Made by a program: the position numbers and the translations under genes
From: Chiloscyllium plagiosum
Lineage: Eukaryota
Length of the DNA: 49,474 nucleotides
NCBI RefSeq assembly: GCF_004010195.1
Contig: NC_057720.1
Location: forward strand, 18,483,615 to 18,533,088
Direction: 5' to 3'
Notes under the pieces: model-generated
Told to the model about the DNA's origin: nothing
What the model saw: the letters and a program-made list of their open reading frames with translations, nothing else
The model's database searches: none
Shown here: positions 28,001-37,000 of the stretch, one piece after another
Layout: every line of letters begins with the position of its first letter
Position numbering within the stretch: position 1 is the first letter of the stretch

Positions 28001-31000
28001 TTCCTCATTTCCCCCCCCCCCCCCCACCCCCTCTCCGGCCTATCACCCTCACCTTAACCTCCTTCCACCTATCGCATTCCCAACGCCCCTCCCCCAAGTC
28101 CCTCCTCCCTACCTTTTATCTTAGCCTGCTTGGCACACCCTCCTCATTCCTGAAGAAGGGCTTATGCCCGAAACGTCGATTCTCCTTCTCCTTTGATGCT
28201 GCCTGACATGCTGTGCTTTTCCAGCAACACATTTTTAAGTCCATGTACATAGACCCTTGCAAGTTGCCACACAGGTTGATAGTGCTGTTAAGAAGGCATA
28301 CAGTGTGTTGGGTTTTATTGGTAGAGGAATGGAGTTCCAGAGCCATGTCGTCATGCTGCAACTGTACAATACGTTATTGCGGCCTCACTTGGAGTATTGT
28401 GTGCAGTTCTGGTTGCCCCACTGTCGGAAGGATGTGGAAGCATTGGAAAAGGTGCAGTGAAGATTTACCGGGATGTTGCCTGGTCTGAAATAACGGTCTA
28501 AGGTCTAAGAGGTGGTTTAATAGAAACATGCAGGATGATCAGAGGATTAGATAGGGTGGACAGTGAAGATCTCTTTCCTTGGATGATGACATCTGCTTTT
28601 ACAAGGGGCCATAGCTGCATATTGAGGGGTGATAGATTTCAGACAGATTTCAAAGGCAGGTTCTTGACTCAGAGTGGTAAGGGAGTGGAATGCCCTACCA
28701 GCCAATGTAGTACACTCAGCCACATCAGGGGCATTTAAACAGTCTTTGGATAAGCATGTGGATGTAATGGGATTGTGAAGGGTGATGGGCTTAGATTAGT
28801 TCACAGGTCGGCTCAACATCGAGGGTTGAAGGGCCTGTTCTGTGCTGTATTGTTCTGTGTTCTAACTTAGGTTTCCCTTCCTGGAATAGTTGATTTAAAA
28901 TATCGAAGCAAGCTTTAAATGGACCAACTTGTTGGCCTCACTGAAGTGTATTGAATTTGATATTCTTTAAAATCTTGGTGATGGAGTGGTGAGATGCATG
29001 TTTGTTTTGGTTCTGCATTTGAATCAGAAAGCAAAATCAAGAGTTATGTTTTTAGTTTAATTTGAAATGAAGTTATCATGGAGGTTGGTACCAAGACCTT
29101 ATTTATCATCATCAAGCAATGTTTTAATCCTTAACAGGAAAATGAGAAAAGCAACCAAAGCCACTGTGATATTCAGGACCAATCTACAATGCTGGATACT
29201 CTTGCCTTGGATCTTCCTGGTCCCAAAAGGTTGTTCGTTCATGTTATATTTATATACCATTCTTTATCATTTTTCAATTTTTTTTATATAGAGTCACACA
29301 GCATGGAAACAGAGTCTTTTGTCCAACCATAATCCCAAACAAAACTAGTTCTTTTGAGATGGTGCTTGGCCCATATTCCTCCAAAGCTTTCATATTCATG
29401 TACTTATCCAAATGTCTTTTAAACTTACCTACATCTGTCACTTCCCCTAGTTCATTCCACACCTGTACACTCTATATCAAAATAAAATTGCCCCTCATGT
29501 CTTTTTAAAATCTTTGTCTTTTCACCTGAAACGTTTGCCCCCTAGTCTTGAAATCCCACTTCCTAGGGAAAAGAAATCTGCCATTCACCTTAGCTATACT
29601 GCTTATTATTTTATAAACCTCTAAGATCACCCCCCCAACCTCCTGTACTCCAGTTTTAAAAAATGTCCCGGCCTATCCAGCCTTTGCCCATTGCTCGCAC
29701 CCTCCATTCCCAGCAACATCCTGGAAATCTCTTCTGAACCCTCATCTTTTTGATGATAATCCGATAACGAGGCAACCAGAACTGGACACAGTACTCTAGA
29801 AGAGGCCTCATCATCATCCTGTACAATTTCAACATAATCCACCACCTCCTTTAATCGAAGGACTGAGCAGTGAAGACAAGCTTGCTAAATTCCACCTTAG
29901 CACGCTAGCTGTATGTGATGCAAACTTCGAAGAATTATGTACCTGAACCTTTGGTTTCTCTGTTCTACAATATTACCTAAGGCCCTACTTTGAATTGTAT
30001 AGGTCCTGCCTTTGTGTGTTTTACCAAAATGCAAAACTTGGCATTTATCCAAATTAAAGTCCATCTGCAACTCTTCCACGCATTGACCTATTGATCAAGA
30101 TCTCTTTTGTAATCATAGAGAACCTTCTTCACTGTCCACTATGCCACTAATCTTGGTGTCATCCGCAAGATTACTAATTAGGTTCATTCAAAGGATCTGA
30201 CTGTTACTGAATTTAAATGTTCTAACAATAGTTTACATTTCCAGTATGATTGAAAAATCAACACAGTAGATCCTTTGAGTGAAGGAATTTCCTTGCATTT
30301 CAGACCTAAACTGCTCTACAGCTACAGATACAGACACAGACCTACAGACAAACAGACACCCGTTTGTCACTTTCTTAGTAATCACTATGAACTTTATAGA
30401 CCGTTGTGCCACAGCTTACTTCCCACTAGCTTTGTATTGTTTTCAGTAGAGTGTCAGAGGCCGACGGATGACCTACTAGAAGTATATAAAAATATGAGAG
30501 ACATAGATAAGGTAGATAGTCGAGTCTTTTCCCAGGGTGAAAATGTGAAATACAAGGGGCCATAGATTTATGATGAAAGAGGGAAAGCTTAAAGGAGATG
30601 GGTTTTTAACATCGCATCATAGGTACCTGCAACACACTGCTAGGGAAGAAGTAGAAACGATAGCACTGTTTCTCAGACATTTGAGACACATCAAAAAGCA
30701 GGGAATACACTGCAGGCAACTGGGATTAGTTTAGAATGATATTGTTTGATGCAGACATGGTGGGGCGTGTTTCCTTTGCTATACTGTTCGATGTTCAAAA
30801 TGGGATATTTTGCACTTGTTTCCTTCATTCCGTCTGTCCTGTTGTATCCTTAATAGATTCAAGCATTTTCTATTCCGCTTAGGTCAGGCATATAGTTCTG
30901 CATTTCCATTTCCTTCCTTTCTGCCACTTTCCAGTCAGCTGTGGCCATTTTAGAATTAAGGGAATTCTGAAAGATAATCAATTTATACACATTCTCTGCA

Positions 31001-34000
31001 AGTATCTCTTTCAGAACTCACCAGATCCAAGCAATTTGTGAATTTTTAGATCCATCAATTTCCCTAATAATTTATTTTTCTAGTAGGTCATAAGTTAGTA
31101 CTTTTACAATAAGGTTTGCTTTCATCAGACTGTTCATTTGTGAGTTATTTTATGTTGCTTATCTACTATCATTTATCTAACTTCCCAGTCTGTCAATTCT
31201 CCCAGTTCATAATAGCTCTGCAATTATCTTTTGTTTAAATTTTAGATCATAGTTTTGGACTCAACCACTTTCAATATCACTACTTTGTTTTAAGCTTGTG
31301 TTCTTTTATTGCATTCTAGGAGACTTGTTGAGAAAAATGCACAATCTTTGAATACCTCTGATGTGGAATCCACTGGTGCGGCCAGCACCACAGAAACTAC
31401 CTCAACTAGTCTGTGTCGACAGTCCAGGTAATTTAAAAAAAAACTAATTTTCAGTGTTTCACTAATTGTAGGTCTTGCAGTCAAATCAAAAGGGAAATTT
31501 AATTAGGACTGAGTGAACCTGTGAAGGTATTTGCTGTTCAGTAATCGCAATAGTACTCAATATTTCTACTCCTTTGTGTGCGCTGATGAGGTTCACATAG
31601 ACTGCAATCAATTAAGATCTTTGATCTATTAAGAAATTGCCCATCACTTTGTACTATTGCTGTTAAAATGTCTGCAAGTTATGTCATGTTAATCAGATGA
31701 AATTGGTATCTTGACTGCGAAGCAAGTCATAGCTATATGCTGAAGAATATGGGAGAATGTGTAAACTCCACACAGAGTCGCCTGAGGCGGGAATTGAACC
31801 CGGGTCTCTGGCACTGTGAGGCAGCATTGCTAACCATTGTGCCACCGTGCCGCCCACATCAGTTTTATTGAGTTTCATGGAGGGTTTCTCTTCACATAGT
31901 CTAGCGAGTTTTATTATGCAATTGTCTCACATTTACCAACCTAGATAGCTTACCTGTGCTTAGCCACATTCTGCCTTAAAACATTTTAAATAATTTTTAC
32001 TCTTCCCACAGTCCAAAAATGTGCAGGTTAGGTGAATTGGCCATGCTAAATTGCCGGTAGTGTTCGATGAAGGGGTAAATATAGGGGAATGGGTCTGGGT
32101 GGGTTATGCTTCGGTGGGTCGGTGTGGACTTGTTGGGCCAAAGAGCCTGTTTCCACACTGTAAGTAATCTAATCTAATCTAATATTTTTAGCCTTGAAAA
32201 CTAATTACATAATTTTGCAATGACAGATTTTCCAATCTCATGTTTTCAACTTTTAAATTTTTAAGTTTACTTGGAGATTTTGGATTCTCATGTGCCTCAT
32301 TCATTAGTTTTCCTCTTGAACGTTTATGGAGAGAATAACCAGTGCATTTTATTTTCTGGCTTGCAGTCCTAGAGAACATTTCATGTTATTTGGCTGCATG
32401 TTTGCTTGATGACCTCACTGTTTCTAGACTCCCAAAAATTCCAAATGCTTAGTGCAAGATTCAAATTAATGTAAGGGTAAAATCCATGCCAAATGATCTT
32501 AGATAAGTGTGAGCAACTTTCTCTGCAGTCCAGTCATTGTAAATGCTATGACTTTGCTGCTGGCAGTGAAGCCTAAATTGATATGATGCCCAAGAGGCTT
32601 GATGTCAGTGTTTTTAATTTCATTCTTCTCAACAAGAAGTGACAGCTTTCCTTAATCTAGATTTGTGATGTTAACCATTTCTCTCCACACTTAATGCAAA
32701 ACCTGAGTATTTCTGTTTAGAACATAGAACAATACAGCACAGAACAGGCCCTTCGGCCCACGATGTTGTGCCGAACATTTGTCCTAGCTTAAGCACCCAT
32801 CCATGTACCTATCCAATTGCCGCTTAAAGGTCACCAAAGATTCTGACTCTACCACTCCCACAGGCAGCGCATTCCATGCCCCCNNNNNNNNNNNNNNNNN
32901 NNNNNNNNNNNNNNNNNNNNNNNNNNNNNNNNNNNNNNNNNNNNNNNNNNNNNNNNNNNNNNNNNNNNNNNNNNNNNNNNNNNNNNNNNNNNNNNNNNNN
33001 NNNNNNNNNNNNNNNNNNNNNNNNNNNNNNNNNNNNNNNNNNNNNNNNNNNNNNNNNNNNNNNNNNNNNNNNNNNNNNNNNNNNNNNNNNNNNNNNNNNN
33101 NNNNNNNNNNNNNNNNNNNNNNNNNNNNNNNNNNNNNNNNNNNNNNNNNNNNNNNNNNNNNNNNNNNNNNNNNNNNNNNNNNNNNNNNNNNNNNNNNNNN
33201 NNNNNNNNNNNNNNNNNNNNNNNNNNNNNNNNNNNNNNNNNNNNNNNNNNNNNNNNNNNNNNNNNNNNNNNNNNNNNNNNNNNNNNNNNNNNNNNNNNNN
33301 NNNNNNNNNNNNNNNNNNNNNNNNNNNNNNNNNNNNNNNNNNNNNNNNNNNNNNNNNNNNNNNNNNNNNNNNNNNNNNNNNNNNNNNNNNNNNNNNNNNN
33401 NNNNNNNNNNNNNNNNNNNNNNNNNNNNNNNNNNNNNNNNNNNNNNNNNNNNNNNNNNNNNNNNNCGCTTGTAACTGGGCTCCAGGCTGAATATTTACCA
33501 TCTACCACCACTCTCTGACTTCGACTGGTTAGCCAGTTTTCTATCCAATCGGCCAAATTTCCCTCTATCCCATGCCTCCTGACTTTCTGCATAAACCAAT
33601 CATGGGGAACCTTATCAAATGCCTTACTAAAATCCATGTATACTACATCCACTGCTCTACCCTCATCCACATGCTTGGTCACCTCCTCAAAGAATTCAAT
33701 CAGACTTGTAAGGCAAGACCTACCCCTCTCAAATCCGTGCTGGCTGTCCCTAATCAAGCATGTCTTTCCAGGTACTCATATAAATCTGAAATGAAAATGT
33801 TGTGTAGCTTAGAGATATTGCATTCTTAAATAAAAGGTGACATTGTCAAGAAGCAGTTGCATTCGCATAAAACTAGAATTAATTAGAGACCCCCTTTCAA
33901 TTTAAAAGAAGTTTGAGGTTAAATGTGAAGATTCTTTAAAAATCACATTGAAATTAGTGATCACATCGAAATTAGTTGTGATGCACTCACTGGAAAATTA

Positions 34001-37000
34001 GTGTCTTGCTGCACCGGTACAGATTAGTTACTTGGAGGGCCACTACGCAGTCCATGTATCAGGGTAAGCATCGTTGAGACATGGGGAGAATATAATATGG
34101 GGTTTAAATTAAAGAAATTTAATTTATCTATGTAATGTACTTAACTACCGACAAAAGTTTCATACTGAAAAGTCCTTCCATCACTCCCAGTACATAATGC
34201 TTTCTCTATTCTGTTTAGTTTTGTATATGGCAACTAGTTGCATTTAGGAGTTCAACAGATTTAAATTTAATAACTATAAGTTGGTACGGGGCCATCCAAT
34301 ACTAAAAGCTGAGGAGAACCACTGCGTGTCAAAACCAGTAAACTGACACATTAAAACCAGTAAATTGTACAGAAACGAGCTCATGCATGTGAAAAGAAAA
34401 CAGGTGGTTATGTACTTCTACTCCGTGTAAGTGGTGGAAGGAGTGGATGTTTGTGGATATGGTGCCAGTCAAGCAGGCTGCTTTGTCCGGAGTTAAAAAT
34501 CTCTCAATACCAGGTTATAGTCCCACAGGTTTATTTGGAAGCACTAGCTTTTGGAGCGCTGCATCTTTATCAGGTGGTTGTGAAGAATAAGATCATAAGA
34601 CACAGAATTTATAGCAAACGTTTACAGTGTGATGTAACTGAAATTATAATTCTCACAAACTTTGAAATTATATATTGAAAAAGACTAGGATTTTTTAAGT
34701 CTCTTATCTTTTAGAATGACCAACCAGCATGGTCATTCTAAAAGAAGAGACTTAAACAATCCAGGTCTTTTTCAAAATATAATTTCAGTTACATCATACT
34801 GTAAACCTTTGCTATAAACTTTTTGCATTGTATGATTTTTAACTTTGTATACCCGAATCCAACACTGGCGTCTCCAAATCATGCTTTGTCCTGGATGGTA
34901 CTATGCTTGGGATCCAAGAGTCATACAGCATGGAAACAGATCCTTCAGTCCAACTGGTCCATGTTGACAGTGTTCCCAAACTAAACTAGTCCCACTTATC
35001 TGCATTTCACCCATATCCCTCCGAACCTTTCCTATTCATGTACTTATCCAAATGCCTTTTAAATGTTGTAACTGTACCTGTATCCATCACTTCCTTTAGC
35101 AGTTCATTCCAAACATGAACCATTCTCTGTGTAAAAACAAAACAAAAAGCATCCAAACACAATTCCTTTCCATTCTACTTCCTTGCTCATCTCTAACTTT
35201 AAAGCTTTAGCTCCTTAAAATAAGTTTGCAAAAGAGGTAAAATTGGTTCCACCCTAGTTGGTTGTTACATCCAATTAAACTCAGGAAAGTAAAAAGCTGA
35301 AATTGATGCTACTAGAGTTAGATTTGTATACGTTTTCAAAAATGTAAAGAACAAATAAACTGGCTGAAACTTTGCAAAATAGATTTAAAAAGTAGTGAAT
35401 TTTCTACATTTTGGTACTTTGGGGGAGAGGGGAGGGTAGACATGCTTTTTAATTTCATCTTGAATTTGTGCTGTGGTCTGGAGATTTTGGATGCAAGTTT
35501 GCTCGCTGAGCTGGAAGGTTCGTTCTCAGACATTTTGTCACCGTAATAGGTAACGTCAGTGAGCCTCCAGTGAAGCACTGGTGTTATTGCTCGCTTTCTA
35601 TTTGTGCTTAGGTTTCCTTGGGTAGTGATGTCATTTCCTTTTTTTTTCACCCCAAATGTTTGCCATTTTCCAGTCCACCTCACCCAAGTCCAAGGAAGCC
35701 AAAATAAAAAGTCATGGCCAGCACCCTGCAATTTCCACTCTCACCTCCTTCAGAATCCTTGGATGCATCTCATTTGGTCCTGACATTTTGTCAACTTAGA
35801 AGTGCCAACAATCTGACTTCTTCCCTATTAATTTTGAACTCTTTGTGAGACAATTTTCTCCTTTGTCACATTCAGTCAGACTGTTTTGGGGAACGCTAAA
35901 CTAACAGGGCTTCTCCTGCTACATATCTTTTTGTCTGACTGAAATTTGCATATTGCCTGACTGTCTGGATAACCGATGCCAACAAATCTCCAGACTTGGA
36001 CCCCAAAGGGTGAAAAATGGGATCCAAGTCTGGAGATTTGTTGGCATCGGTTATCCAGACAGTCAGGCAATATGCAAATTTCAGTCAGACAAAAAGATAT
36101 GTAGCAGGAGAAGCCCTGTTAGTTTAGCGCTCCCCAAAACAGTCTGACTGAATGTGACAAAGGAGAAAATTGTCTCACAAAGAGTTCAAAATTAATAGGG
36201 AAGAAGTCAGATTGTTGGCACTTCTAAGTTGACAAAATGTCAGGACCAAATGAGATGCATCCAAGGATTCTGAAGGAGGTGAGAGTGGAAATTGCAGGGT
36301 GCTGGCCATGACTTTTTATTTTGGCTTCCTTGGACTTGGGTGAGGTGGACTGGAAAATGGCAAACATTTTAGCCTTGTTCAAGAAAGGTTGTAAGGATAA
36401 TCCCAACAATTACAGACTAGTAGGTTTAATTTTAGTGTTGGGGAGACTAGTATTGTAATTTTAATGTTGGGAAGACTTCTAGAAACAATTAGTCAGGATA
36501 GAATTAATAATCACATTGAAAAACGCTTAGCAAGAGTTAATATTGCATGCCAGTGAGACAGTACTGTGACTCAGTCGTTAGCATTGCTGCCTCACAGCAC
36601 CAAGGACTCTGGTTCAATTCTAGCTTCAGGTGACTGTGTGGAGTTTGCGCCTTCTCCCCGTGTCTGTTTGGGTTTCTGCAGGTTTTCTTCCACAGTCCAA
36701 AGATGTGCAGGTTCGGTGGAATGGCCATGCTAAATTGTCCATCTTGTCTGTAGATGGATTAGCCATAGTAAATGTTGGGCTACAGGGATAGGGTTGCGGG
36801 GGGCACTGCATCTGGCTGGGATGCTGTTCGGAGGGTTGGTGCAAACTAGATAGACCAAATGGCTTTTTTCCAAACTGTAGGTATTCTGTGGTTTCTAAAA
36901 GGGCGATCATGTTGAGTAACTGTGCTGCAGTTTTTCGAGGAAGCAACAGAGTTGATGAGGGTCAGGCAGTTGGTGTGGTATATATAGGTTTTCAGAAGGT

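Larger units (their letters stand above)
26327..28238. mobile_element. Penelope-like element (family A, Neptune-like) present as a large inverted pair; contains gap 26532-26939
   Basis: Perfect 15-bp TSD GTCCATGTACATAGA (26312-26326 and 28239-28253); GIY-YIG nuclease motif [21 protein letters not shown] preceded by a Cys cluster ([11 protein letters not shown]). Confidence 0.92.
24490..28862 (+). mobile_element. Long decayed CR1 LINE ORF2, interrupted by two Penelope-like insertions
   Basis: [65 protein letters not shown]. Confidence 0.9.

Noticed and set aside
29126..29137. TCCTTAAC resembling a U12 branch site before the 29138 exon
   Set aside because: It abuts the AG with no spacing, and the intron donor is GTAAGT (U2 type).
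1636..33757. Long ORFs containing X runs
   Set aside because: They read through assembly gaps (2005-2214, 26532-26939, 32884-33465).
35876..36147. Twin 64-aa ORFs on opposite strands
   Set aside because: A by-product of the palindrome; no coding signal.
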